Source: Deltaproteobacteria bacterium (lineage in GTDB: Bacteria; Desulfobacterota; GWC2-55-46). From it: DNA of 41,714 nucleotides. This document shows positions 8,089 to 17,067 of this stretch, piece by piece. The stretch covers positions 1-41,714 of the forward strand of contig JACRNN010000045.1 of assembly GCA_016234955.1 (NCBI GenBank), in the 5' to 3' direction. The position numbers and the translations under genes are program-made. The notes under the pieces were generated by a model that made no database searches, was not told where the DNA came from, and saw only the letters and a program-made list of their open reading frames with translations. The number at the start of each line of letters is the position of its first letter. The first letter of the stretch is position 1.

Positions 8089-11025
8089 CTAAATGATGAG
8101 CTTTGCTATGATATCATTGAGCTGGCCGACTGTAAAAGGCTTTCTGATGTGCAGGTTTCCGGTCTGGCGCAGGAACTTCTGCGTCTCCGGGTTCTTGCTG
8201 TCCCCCGAAATGAAGATTATCCTCCCGGCAACGCGGGGCTTTATCCTCTTGACGTGCTCGTAGAAGGCCTTGCCGTCCATGCCCGGCATCTTTATGTCGC
8301 TGATTATCAGGTCATAGTCGCTTTCCTCTATCTTTTTAAGCGCCTCATCCGCGGACGAGCACATTTCCACTGTGAACCCGGAAAAACTCAGAGCCTCGTT
8401 CAGGAGGTCCCGCACAAGGGGCTCGTCGTCGAGGACAAGGGACTTGAGGCCCCTGGCCCTGGACTTGAGCGAATTCGCGCGGGGCCCGGCCGAGGCCGCG
8501 GCCTCGCTTTTCTCCGTCCCTGCGGTAATCGGCAGTTCGACGAAGAATTCCGTGCCGCCGGACGGGCGGCTTGAGAAGTAGATATTGCCCCCGTGCTCCC
8601 TTATTATGCCGTAGGAGATGGACAAGCCGAGCCCGGTGCCCCTGCCGACGTCCTTTGTGGTGAAGAACGGGTCGAATATCTTGCCGGCGACGTTCTGGGG
8701 GATGCCCTTGCCCGTGTCCTCGAACCTTACTACTATCCTGTCGCCGTTTTTGCGGCTCGTGATCCTGATCCTGCCCGGTTTTCCGGTATCGTGGATGGCG
8801 TCCCTCGCGTTGTTCAAGAGGTTCAGGAAGACCTGGAGCATCTGGTTGTCGTCGATCATCGTATAGGGAAGGGGCTCTTCGAGGTCCGTCTCCACCTCTA
8901 TGTTCTCCACCTTGAGCTGATAAGCCCGCAGGTCGACGCAGTTCTCTATCACCCTGTTCACGGACTCGTACCTCTTCTCCGGCCTCTTCCACCGCGCGAA
9001 CGTCAGGAGGTTGTCGATGATCTTCTTGCACCTGTGGGAGGCTTCGTTTATCTTCCTGATCTTCGAGGAAGCGTCCTCGTCCAACCCGCCCTGTTCGAGC
9101 ATAAGCTCGGAGAAGCACATGATGCCGGTGAGCGGGTTGTTGATCTCGTGCGCGACGCCGGAGACGAGCTCCCCGAGGGAAGAGAGCTTCTCGGACTGCA
9201 TGAGCCTGCCCTGGAGGTTCCTGTGCTCGGTGACGTCCCTTATGTAGACGACCGCCATGCCCGGTTCGGCCTCCGTGCTCAAAAAGGGGAAGGCCCGCCA
9301 CCGGAGGATGCTGCCGTCCGCGGCAATCAACTCGGCGTCCGCGGGCTTGCCGGTCCTGACGGCCGCCTTTATCGGGCAGTCCTCCGGCGGCTCTATCCCG
9401 AAAAAGCCGTAGATGTTCCTCCCAACCGCCGCCGGTTCGCTCACCTTGAACCTTTCGGTGAAATGCCTGTTGGCCTCCATCACGCCGTAGTCATGGTCCA
9501 CAAGGAGGATATACTCCGTTACGCTGTCGTAGATGAGCCTGAGCTTGTCCTTCGCCTCCTTAAGCTCATGCTCCTCCATCGTTATTATGGTATTCGCCTT
9601 TTTCAGCTCCGCGTTCTTCCTGTCGAGGTCCTCGTTCAGAAGCCTCAGTTCCTCGTTGATTGCGTGCAGTTCCTCGGTCTGGCTCTGGGTCTCCTCGTAT
9701 GCGACCTCGAGTTCCTCGTTGGTCTTCTTCATCTCCTCGTTGAGCCCGGCCAGCTCCCTGTTCTTGACCTCTATCTGCTCGAGGTGCCTGCGTCCGTCCT
9801 CCTCGCGCCTTACCACCTCGTCCATCATGGAGTTGAACGTGACGGCGAGCCTCTTCACCTCGTCCCCCGTATCGAAGGGCGGGACGACGCCGGCCCTTGC
9901 CAGCCTGTCCCCCCCGGCGAAAGAGGCGACCTTGCCGCTCAAGGACCTTAGCGGGCTCGTTATCCTGGCCTTTGAGATGAGGGCGCTGATAAAGGCGATG
10001 GCGAGCCCCACGGCCGTGATGACGATGATGAGGCGCTGGTTCTCCTTCTGTATGACCCAGAGGCTCTCCCTCGGTATGCTGGCGTCCAGCGTCCCTATTA
10101 CGTCGCCCCTGTTGTCCCTTATGGCATCGAATATGGAGATATACGACATGCCGGGCGAGCCCCACTCCAGGAAGAACGGCCCCCCGGAAGAGACCCCCGC
10201 GAGGGCCTCGACCGGCACCGCCGTCCATTTAAGGCTGACGCCGGACTTGTCCATCAGGTTGGTCGAGACGCGGGCGCCTTTCAACGAGACGGTGGCGAAG
10301 AAGTCCGGGAACCTCTGCGCCACGGCCTCAGGCAGGTGGTTGTCGTTATTGAGCACGTCGCCGGTCACTATCGCCCCCACGGGTCCGTTGCGCTCGCTCA
10401 GCACCGGGGTCACCACCATCAGGGCGATAGCCTCGTCAGGGGGGCGCCTCAAGTCTTGCGCCCCCTCCGCCCAGTTGGACGCGGCGGGCTTTGGAAAGAT
10501 GCCGTCCATAAGCTCGTTGCCTTCGAGCCTCAGCACCTCCCTGCCGAGTATCTCCGTGGATATCTTCGGTTCGGCGCTCTTAAGGGCGTAGGAGACAAGG
10601 CCGTTTAACGGAAGCGCGTCCCCCGAGTAATCGCCGTTCAGGCGCGCTATAACCACTCCGTCGCCGTCGACGACGTACCATACGTCCACGTATGGGCGCA
10701 TCCGCTTCCAGGTGGACATCATCTTCTTGAGGTATGTCTTATCGCGCCGGGCCACGGCGCCCTTGATATCTTCCATGGACGCGGCCTGCAGCATCCCGTA
10801 GCGCATCTGCTCGCCCCTGGCGTAATACTCGGTCCACGCGGCCTTGAGCCCCATGGACGCCTTGTCACGCGCCTCCTTCATCAAACGCGCGTTGATGACC
10901 TTGTACGACGCGTAGGAGAGGATCGCCATGGGCACTAATATCACGGCGAGGAACGCCACCGTGAGCTTGAAGCCGAGCGTCATATCGTAGTAGTACTTCA
11001 TCATCAAGCGGCCCATGGCTCTCAC
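8089..11025 (-). CDS. Hybrid sensor histidine kinase (TM, periplasmic sensor, TM, HAMP, long coiled coil, PAS, HisKA, HATPase, receiver)
   Basis: A 978-aa ORF. The H-box is VAHEINNPLTGI, the N/G boxes are LLNNARDA, FEDTGKGI and GTGLGLS, and the C-terminal receiver has DLIISDIKMPGMDG and IRKPF. The GTG start 11025..11023 overlaps the cheR stop (GTGA); an alternative ATG is at 11016. Confidence 0.9.
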   Translation of the reverse strand: MRAMGRLMMKYYYDMTLGFKLTVAFLAVILVPMAILSYASYKVINARLMKEARDKASMGLKAAWTEYYARGEQMRYGMLQAASMEDIKGAVARRDKTYLKKMMSTWKRMRPYVDVWYVVDGDGVVIARLNGDYSGDALPLNGLVSYALKSAEPKISTEILGREVLRLEGNELMDGIFPKPAASNWAEGAQDLRRPPDEAIALMVVTPVLSERNGPVGAIVTGDVLNNDNHLPEAVAQRFPDFFATVSLKGARVSTNLMDKSGVSLKWTAVPVEALAGVSSGGPFFLEWGSPGMSYISIFDAIRDNRGDVIGTLDASIPRESLWVIQKENQRLIIVITAVGLAIAFISALISKARITSPLRSLSGKVASFAGGDRLARAGVVPPFDTGDEVKRLAVTFNSMMDEVVRREEDGRRHLEQIEVKNRELAGLNEEMKKTNEELEVAYEETQSQTEELHAINEELRLLNEDLDRKNAELKKANTIITMEEHELKEAKDKLRLIYDSVTEYILLVDHDYGVMEANRHFTERFKVSEPAAVGRNIYGFFGIEPPEDCPIKAAVRTGKPADAELIAADGSILRWRAFPFLSTEAEPGMAVVYIRDVTEHRNLQGRLMQSEKLSSLGELVSGVAHEINNPLTGIMCFSELMLEQGGLDEDASSKIRKINEASHRCKKIIDNLLTFARWKRPEKRYESVNRVIENCVDLRAYQLKVENIEVETDLEEPLPYTMIDDNQMLQVFLNLLNNARDAIHDTGKPGRIRITSRKNGDRIVVRFEDTGKGIPQNVAGKIFDPFFTTKDVGRGTGLGLSISYGIIREHGGNIYFSSRPSGGTEFFVELPITAGTEKSEAAASAGPRANSLKSRARGLKSLVLDDEPLVRDLLNEALSFSGFTVEMCSSADEALKKIEESDYDLIISDIKMPGMDGKAFYEHVKRIKPRVAGRIIFISGDSKNPETQKFLRQTGNLHIRKPFTVGQLNDIIAKLII

Positions 11026-11858
11026 TCCGCCTTCCTGTATACGCTGATCCCTTTGCCCGCGCTTGAATACCTGACGTATCCTGACGCGAACGCGGACGGC
11101 ACCACCTCGGCCTTGCCCAGCACGAGGAGACCCCCGGGTTTCAAGGCGTAGTCGAGCTTTTCAAAGACCTTCTCCTGAAGGGCCTTGTTGAAATATATGA
11201 AGACGTTCCTGCAAAAAAGTATCTTGACCTTTGAGATCGACGGGCTTCCGACTATGTCGAGGGCGCCGAACTTAACCAGGTTCCTTATGTTGTATTTGAC
11301 CTTGCGGCAGCCGTCGTCCCTGAAAAAAAACCTCTCCATGCGCTCCGCGCTTACGTTGGCCACGGACTCTTCCCTGTACCTGGCCCTGCGCGCCGCGTCG
11401 ATGGCCTCGTGGTCGAGGTCGGTGGCGAATATCTTCGTCTGCCTCAGTCCCTCTTCGCTCAGGAACTCCGAAAGGAGGATAGCCAGGGAATACGCCTCCT
11501 CGCCGTGAGCGCACCCGCAGCACCAGGCCCGTATCCCCTCGTCCGGGGAGAACTCCCTCCTTAGCTCCGCGTCCAGGAATTCAAAGACGTTCGGCTCCCT
11601 GAAGAACTCGCTGACCTTGACGGTAAGATTGGAAAAAAGGCGGGTGTATTCGGAGGGGTCTCTGTCGAGGAGGTCGCGGTAGTCGCTGAAGGATGAAACG
11701 CCGGCGGCGCCGAGCCTCTTCAATATCCTGCGCTTCAGGCTCGAACTTTTGTAATCGCGGAAATCCCAGCCGCGCTCGGAAAATATCTTCTCAAGGAGCA
11801 AGGACTGTTCCTCCTCGAAGATGTTGGAGATATGCTCTGTCCCCGATGAATGAGCCAT
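11022..11858 (-). CDS. cheR: CheR-type protein-glutamate O-methyltransferase
   Basis: A 278-aa ORF with FFREPNVFEFL, IRAWCCGCAHGEEAYSLAILL, KIFATDLDHEAI and FCRNVFIYFNKALQEKVF...GGLLVLGKAE, which are typical CheR SAM-MTase motifs. Confidence 0.85.
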   Translation of the reverse strand: MAHSSGTEHISNIFEEEQSLLLEKIFSERGWDFRDYKSSSLKRRILKRLGAAGVSSFSDYRDLLDRDPSEYTRLFSNLTVKVSEFFREPNVFEFLDAELRREFSPDEGIRAWCCGCAHGEEAYSLAILLSEFLSEEGLRQTKIFATDLDHEAIDAARRARYREESVANVSAERMERFFFRDDGCRKVKYNIRNLVKFGALDIVGSPSISKVKILFCRNVFIYFNKALQEKVFEKLDYALKPGGLLVLGKAEVVPSAFASGYVRYSSAGKGISVYRKAE

Positions 11859-12009
11859 AGGCCTGTGTGTGTGATGTTTGTTATATTTTACACCTGAAAA
11901 AACATTAAATCAAGGTTTATCAAACCGATTACAATCTGGAAACACGCGGGAATGACATCGTGGCGCATCTGCTTTTCAACGCCTCTGTTATCTGCTATTA
12001 TCACGCTGT

Positions 12010-15000
12010 ATGGAGATATCAACACATCTTAAAGTCGTCATACCGCTGGTAAAGGCCTCTGACCACGACGGGGTCTTAAGTGAGCTCTACGCGAGTCTTG
12101 AGCTTGCGGCCGGCGCCGACAGGGCCAAGGTAATATGCGATTTCAAGGGCCACGAAAACTCCAACGCGGCGCTCTCGAGGGCGCAAACGGCCATATTCCA
12201 CTGCCTCTCCGAAGAGATAACGGAGCCTTTGATAGCGGTCGCGGTCTCTAAAAAAGGGGTGCCTGAGCCCAAAGGCGGGGGCAGGTTGCATGTATTTTTC
12301 GTGTTGTTATCCCCCATAAGGGACAGCGGAACCCACCTCCAGCTCCTCTCCAGGCTCGAGGGGATAGCCCTGGACAGGGCCTTCCATCACGCCATACTCC
12401 GTACAGGTGATGAGGCCGGGATAAGAAAGGAGATCGAAAAGGCCGAAGGGGCCTCGCGCACCCTGTACATGCCGCTTTCGAGGGAAGAGGTCTTCTCAGA
12501 GCTCGAAACCACTGAAAAGGGGCTGACCGAGGAAGAGGCGAGGAGGAGGCTCAAGACGGCCGGGCCGAACACCCTGAAGAAGGCGGTAAACATATCGCTC
12601 ATAAAGGACTTTTTCTCAAACCTCTTTTTCAACCTCTTCGCCGTGCTCCTATGGGCGGGCGGGTTCATGGCCTTTGCGGCGGACATGGCCGAGCTCGGAT
12701 GGGCCATATTCTCGGTTATAATAATAAACGCCGCCTTCAGCTTCTGGCAGGAGTACAAGGCCGAGCGGGCCGTGGAGGCGATAAAGAGGCTTCTGCCGCG
12801 CAAGGTCAGGGTCGTAAGGGACGGTGAGGTCAAGGAGATAGACGCCTCGGTCCTTGTGCCGGGGGACCTTATCAACCTCTCGGAGGGCGACAGCATACCG
12901 GCGGACGGCAGGCTCGTGGGGGCCCAGGACATGCGCGTGGACAACAGCGCCCTCACCGGCGAGAGCAAGCCCGTATACAAACTCGCCGAGCCTCTGCCGA
13001 GCGAGCGCGGCTTCATCTGGACGGAGGTCCCGAACCTCGTCTTCGCCGGCACCTCGGTGCTCTCCGGCGCGGGCAGCGCGATAGTGACGGCCACGGGGAT
13101 GGATACCGAGATAGGCCGGGTAGCGTCCATGACCGAGGCGATAAGGCCGGAGAAGAGCCCCCTGCAAAAAGAGATCGTCCGCATAACAAAGACCATCAGC
13201 CTCATAGCGGTTTTCCTCGGCGTGGTATTCTTCTTCCTCGGCTACCGCATGGCGGGGCTCACCTTCGCGGAGAGCTTCCTCTTCGCCATAGGCATAATAG
13301 TGGCCAACGTGCCGGAGGGGCTCCTGCCCACGGTATCGCTGTCGCTCGCCATGGCGGTGCAGAAGATGGCCGAGAGGAAGGCGATAGTAAAAAAGCTCTC
13401 CGCCGTTGAAACGCTCGGCTCAGCCACCGTAATATGCACGGACAAGACCGGCACCCTTACCGCCAACCAGATGTGCGTGGCGAAGCTATTCGTGGACGGC
13501 CTTCTGATAGAGGTCACGGGCTCGGGGTACGAACCCGCCGGGGAGTTCGTATTGAACGGGAAGCCGGTCGCCGGGGAGGACTTGCTGGCCCTCGGGGCAA
13601 CGGGGCTTTTGACGGCCTCGGCCCTGTGCAACAACGCATCCTTGCGCCCGCCGTCAAATGAGCGCGGCTACTGGACCATCACCGGCGACCCGACGGAAGG
13701 CGCCCTTGTCGCGGCCGCGGCAAAGGCGGGCCTGCGGCTCGACGACCTCGCCGTGAGGTTTCCGAGGACCGCCCAGCTCCCCTTCGACAGGATAAGGAAG
13801 AGGATGACGACGATCCACTCGGTAAAGGACGCGGGCGCCCTCGGCCTGCGGGGCGCCGACCGGGGGACCGGAGCTATAGCCGTCACAAAAGGCGCCCCCA
13901 GGGAGACACTCGAACTATGCTCGCGGGCGTACCTCGGCGGCAAGGACGTGGAGATGACCGAAGGGTACAGGAATAAGGTCCTCGAAGAGAACGACCGCAT
14001 GGCCTCGATGGGCTTGAGGATACTTGCCGTGGCCGCGCGCGGGGTCGAGGCAAAAAGGTCATACCTGAACGATGAGGTGGAGACCTCCCTCACCTTTATC
14101 GGCCTCGTGGCGATGCTCGACCCGCCGAGGCCGGAGGTGAAAAAGGCTGTCGGCGACTGCAGGGAGGCCGGAATAAAGATAGTCATGGTAACGGGCGACT
14201 ACGGGCTTACGGCCCTGTCGGTGGCCGCTCAGATAGGGCTCGGCCTGAACCCGAGGCTAATAACCGGGGAGGAATTGAGCGCCATGGGCCACGGGGTGTT
14301 GCAGGGGGTGCTCAAGGAAGGCGGGGCGATATTCGCGAGGGTGGCCCCGAAGGACAAACTGAGGGTCGTCACCGCGCTCCAGGACAACGGGGAGATAGTG
14401 GCCGTGACCGGCGACGGGGTGAACGACGCCCCGGCGCTTAAAAAAGCCGACATAGGGGTGGCGATGGGCCTCAGGGGGAGCGACGTGGCGAAGGAGTCCG
14501 CGGAGATAGTCCTTGCGGACGACAACTTCGCCACCATAGTGGAGGCGATACGGGAAGGCAGGGCGGTATTCGCCAACATAAAGAAGTTCATAACCTATAT
14601 CTTCGCCAGCAACATACCGGAGATAGTGCCGTTCATAGCGTTCGTGTTGTTCAGGATACCTCTTCCGCTGACGGTCATGCAGATTCTGGCCGTGGACCTC
14701 GGCACCGACGTCTTCCCCGCGCTCGGCCTCGGCATGGAGCCGCCTGAGGCCGGGGTGATGAAACAGCCGCCCAGGCCTAAGCACTCAAGGCTCCTTGATT
14801 TCAAGACCCTTGTTAGGGCCTATCTATTCCTCGGGCCCATAGAGGCCGCGCTCTGCCTCGGCGCCTTCTTCTTCGCCTACCGGTTGAGCGGCTGGTCCCC
14901 CGGAGAAACGATGTCCGGGAGCGGGGCCGTATATGCCGTCGCCACGACAATGACCTTCGCGGGCATAGTGGCGACCCAGATAGGCAACGTCTTTGCGTGC

Positions 15001-15249
15001 AGGACCGGGAAGGATTCGGTCTTTACCGCTGGCATCTTCAAGAACCGGTTCGTCCTCTACGGCATAGCGGCCGAGGCCGTCATCATGCTCCTGCTCATAT
15101 ACGTACCGCCGCTCGCGCGCGTCTTCGGCTTCGCCCCCCCGGGGTGGAAGGGGTGGGGACTGCTCCTGATATTCCCTGTGGTGATGCTCGCCTCCGACGA
15201 GGCGAGAAAGGCCCTTTTAAGAAAAAAAACGCGGCCTCGGCATGATTGA
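12010..15249 (+). CDS. P2-type cation-transporting P-type ATPase with N-terminal PTS-EIIA-2 (PtsN-like) domain
   Basis: ATPase motifs are present: LTGESKPV, PEGL, ICTDKTGTLT, KGAPRE, MLDPPRPEV, MVTGD and VAVTGDGVNDAPALKKADIGVAMG. The first ~150 aa align with EIIA(Ntr): TAIFHCLSEE against GIAIPHGKLEE, and HVFFVLLSPIRDSGTHLQLLSRLEGIA against DLLFALLVPADQTKTHLHTLSLVAKRL. Confidence 0.9.
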   Translation: MEISTHLKVVIPLVKASDHDGVLSELYASLELAAGADRAKVICDFKGHENSNAALSRAQTAIFHCLSEEITEPLIAVAVSKKGVPEPKGGGRLHVFFVLLSPIRDSGTHLQLLSRLEGIALDRAFHHAILRTGDEAGIRKEIEKAEGASRTLYMPLSREEVFSELETTEKGLTEEEARRRLKTAGPNTLKKAVNISLIKDFFSNLFFNLFAVLLWAGGFMAFAADMAELGWAIFSVIIINAAFSFWQEYKAERAVEAIKRLLPRKVRVVRDGEVKEIDASVLVPGDLINLSEGDSIPADGRLVGAQDMRVDNSALTGESKPVYKLAEPLPSERGFIWTEVPNLVFAGTSVLSGAGSAIVTATGMDTEIGRVASMTEAIRPEKSPLQKEIVRITKTISLIAVFLGVVFFFLGYRMAGLTFAESFLFAIGIIVANVPEGLLPTVSLSLAMAVQKMAERKAIVKKLSAVETLGSATVICTDKTGTLTANQMCVAKLFVDGLLIEVTGSGYEPAGEFVLNGKPVAGEDLLALGATGLLTASALCNNASLRPPSNERGYWTITGDPTEGALVAAAAKAGLRLDDLAVRFPRTAQLPFDRIRKRMTTIHSVKDAGALGLRGADRGTGAIAVTKGAPRETLELCSRAYLGGKDVEMTEGYRNKVLEENDRMASMGLRILAVAARGVEAKRSYLNDEVETSLTFIGLVAMLDPPRPEVKKAVGDCREAGIKIVMVTGDYGLTALSVAAQIGLGLNPRLITGEELSAMGHGVLQGVLKEGGAIFARVAPKDKLRVVTALQDNGEIVAVTGDGVNDAPALKKADIGVAMGLRGSDVAKESAEIVLADDNFATIVEAIREGRAVFANIKKFITYIFASNIPEIVPFIAFVLFRIPLPLTVMQILAVDLGTDVFPALGLGMEPPEAGVMKQPPRPKHSRLLDFKTLVRAYLFLGPIEAALCLGAFFFAYRLSGWSPGETMSGSGAVYAVATTMTFAGIVATQIGNVFACRTGKDSVFTAGIFKNRFVLYGIAAEAVIMLLLIYVPPLARVFGFAPPGWKGWGLLLIFPVVMLASDEARKALLRKKTRPRHD

Positions 15250-15318
15250 CGGTATAAAAAAACTTGAATATCCTCCATAGGTTCTATATCATAAAAGAGT
15301 CAAGGTTCCCTTCAATTA

Positions 15319-15416
15319 CCCCGCCATAAATGGCGGGGATTGTCGGCAAGGTACTTGCCTTTCTTTTATATAGCTCGGCTTTGACCCGCCCTTGAAAGGG
15401 CGGGATTTTCGCCGAG
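15319..15416. repeat. Pair of REP-like hairpins downstream of the ATPase gene
   Basis: CCCCGCC ataaat GGCGGGGATTGTCGGC and CCCGCCC ttgaaa GGGCGGGATTTTCGCCGAG have the same hairpin-GGGGATT architecture as the R1 core. An outer stem CTCGGC/GCCGAG encloses the second one. Confidence 0.6.
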
Positions 15417-15442
15417 CACCCGATTAAAAAGGATGGGTATTT

Positions 15443-15937
15443 ATGTCTGAACAGGCAAATAGCAGGGATTCAGTAACCATCGTCCTATTCAGCGGCGACC
15501 TGGACAAGGCCATAGCCGCCTTCGTGATAGCCACCGCCGCCGCGTCCATGTGTATGAAGGTCAATATTTTCTTCACCTTCTGGGGCTTAAACGTCATAAA
15601 GAAAAAGGGCGGGCTCATAAAGGGGCGCAACTGGATGCAGAAGATGCTCAACATGATGAACTACGGGCACGCGCGCAGGCTCGCCCTCTCGAAGATGAAC
15701 ATGCTCGGCATGGGCCCGGCCATGCTCAAGGCGATGATGGCGCAAAAAAAGGTCCCGGGCATCCATGAATTCATCTCCACGGCCCATGAGCTCGGCGTCA
15801 AGTTCTACCCGTGCGAGATGAGCATGAGCGTGATGGGGCTCAAGGAAGAAGACTTCCTGGACGAATGCCAGGGGGTGATCGGGGCCGTCTCATACCTCGC
15901 GATAGCGAAGGAATCGAACGTAAACCTATTTATCTGA
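15443..15937 (+). CDS. DsrE/DsrF-like (DsrE2-type) sulfur relay family protein
   Basis: A 164-aa ORF: VTIVLFSGDLDKAIAAFVIATAAASMCMKVNIFFTFWGL ... VKFYPCEMSMSVMGL. It has the architecture typical of COG2210 proteins that pair with TusA, and TusA is encoded 83 nt downstream. Confidence 0.7.
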   Translation: MSEQANSRDSVTIVLFSGDLDKAIAAFVIATAAASMCMKVNIFFTFWGLNVIKKKGGLIKGRNWMQKMLNMMNYGHARRLALSKMNMLGMGPAMLKAMMAQKKVPGIHEFISTAHELGVKFYPCEMSMSVMGLKEEDFLDECQGVIGAVSYLAIAKESNVNLFI

Positions 15938-16020
15938 CGCGGCCGCGTCAAGCACGGTTTTCATCCGCGTTGCTTCAAAGGCGCGGGAAGTCCTATTACC
16001 GGTAACAGAGGTGCTTCATA

Positions 16021-16257
16021 ATGTCACAATATCAGGTGGATAAGACCCTGGATGCCCGCGGGCTTTGCTGTCCCATGCCGTCCGTAAAGACCGCCCTGGC
16101 GCTTGAGAGGATGGATTCCGGCAACGTCATCGAGGTGCTTACCGACGACCCGGTGTCGAGGAGGGACCTGCCGGTCTGGGCGCAGAGTACCGGCAACATA
16201 CTCCTGGGCGTGGAAGAGGAAGACAAGACCATCAGAATATATATTCAAAAGGCTTGA
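16021..16257 (+). CDS. tusA: TusA/SirA-family sulfurtransferase
   Basis: A 78-aa ORF with the signature LDARGLCCPMP (CPxP motif), followed by VIEVLTDDP. Confidence 0.85.
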   Translation: MSQYQVDKTLDARGLCCPMPSVKTALALERMDSGNVIEVLTDDPVSRRDLPVWAQSTGNILLGVEEEDKTIRIYIQKA

Positions 16258-16260
16258 GAA

Positions 16261-17055
16261 ATGGCCGGCGTATACCACCTCGACCTTGAAAAGAGAGACC
16301 TCCTGGGGGCCGACACGGCCCTCCTGCCGGGCGACCCCGCCAGGGTCCCGGTAATCGCCTCCCGCATATCAAAGGCCTTCGGCAAACCGTCCTATCTCCT
16401 TGCGTCCAAGAGGGAGTTTACCACCCATATCGCCTCCATAGGCGGGAAAAATATCGTCATAACGTCGACCGGCATAGGCGGGCCGTCGACCTCCATCGCG
16501 GTGGACGAACTCGCCCGGCTCGGCATAACCACCTTCATAAGGGTGGGCACCACCGGGGCCATCCAGGAGAGGATAAGGAACGGAGACTGCGTGATAACGA
16601 CCGGGGCCGTAAGGCTGGACGGCGCCTCGACGCATTACGCCCCCATAGAGTACCCGGCCGTGGCCCACATAGAGGTCGTATGCGCCCTCATAAGCGGCGC
16701 AAGGAAGGCCGGGGTCAGGTGCCATGCGGGCGTCACCGCCTCATCCGACACGTTCTATCCGGGCGAGGAGAGGACCGACTCTTTCATGAAATACAAGCTC
16801 CGGAGGTTCCGGGGCGCGACCGTTGAGTTGAGGATGCTCAACGTGCTCAACTACGAAATGGAATCCTCGACGCTCCTGACCATGACCTCGGCCATGGGGC
16901 TGCGGGGCGGGTGCGTAACCGGGGTGGTCAACAGGGGCTCAACAGGCAGGATCACCGAGGCGGCCCTTAAAAAGGGGGAGGAGAACGCCGTCTCCACCGC
17001 CGTCGCGGCGGTGGAGATACTTTTGAGGGGCGGAGGCGTCTCTCACGGATTCTGA
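16261..17055 (+). CDS. udp: Uridine phosphorylase (PNP_UDP_1 family)
   Basis: Close colinear match to E. coli Udp: ALLPGDPARV, STGIGGPSTSIAVDELARLGITTFIRVGTTGAIQ, GVTASSDTFYPGEER and NYEMESSTLLTM. Confidence 0.9.
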   Translation: MAGVYHLDLEKRDLLGADTALLPGDPARVPVIASRISKAFGKPSYLLASKREFTTHIASIGGKNIVITSTGIGGPSTSIAVDELARLGITTFIRVGTTGAIQERIRNGDCVITTGAVRLDGASTHYAPIEYPAVAHIEVVCALISGARKAGVRCHAGVTASSDTFYPGEERTDSFMKYKLRRFRGATVELRMLNVLNYEMESSTLLTMTSAMGLRGGCVTGVVNRGSTGRITEAALKKGEENAVSTAVAAVEILLRGGGVSHGF

Positions 17056-17067
17056 CCCCGCCGCCTC

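Noticed and set aside
8593-10591. Plus-strand ORFs of 452 aa and 352 aa opposite the hybrid histidine kinase.
   Set aside because: They lie entirely inside the kinase gene on the opposite strand. Their composition is Leu/Val/Pro/Arg- or Ser-rich with no domains or RBS. They are shadow ORFs.
12387-14784. Several minus-strand ORFs of 120-272 aa inside the P-type ATPase gene.
   Set aside because: The ATPase frame carries every canonical P-type motif. The antisense ORFs have no recognisable features.
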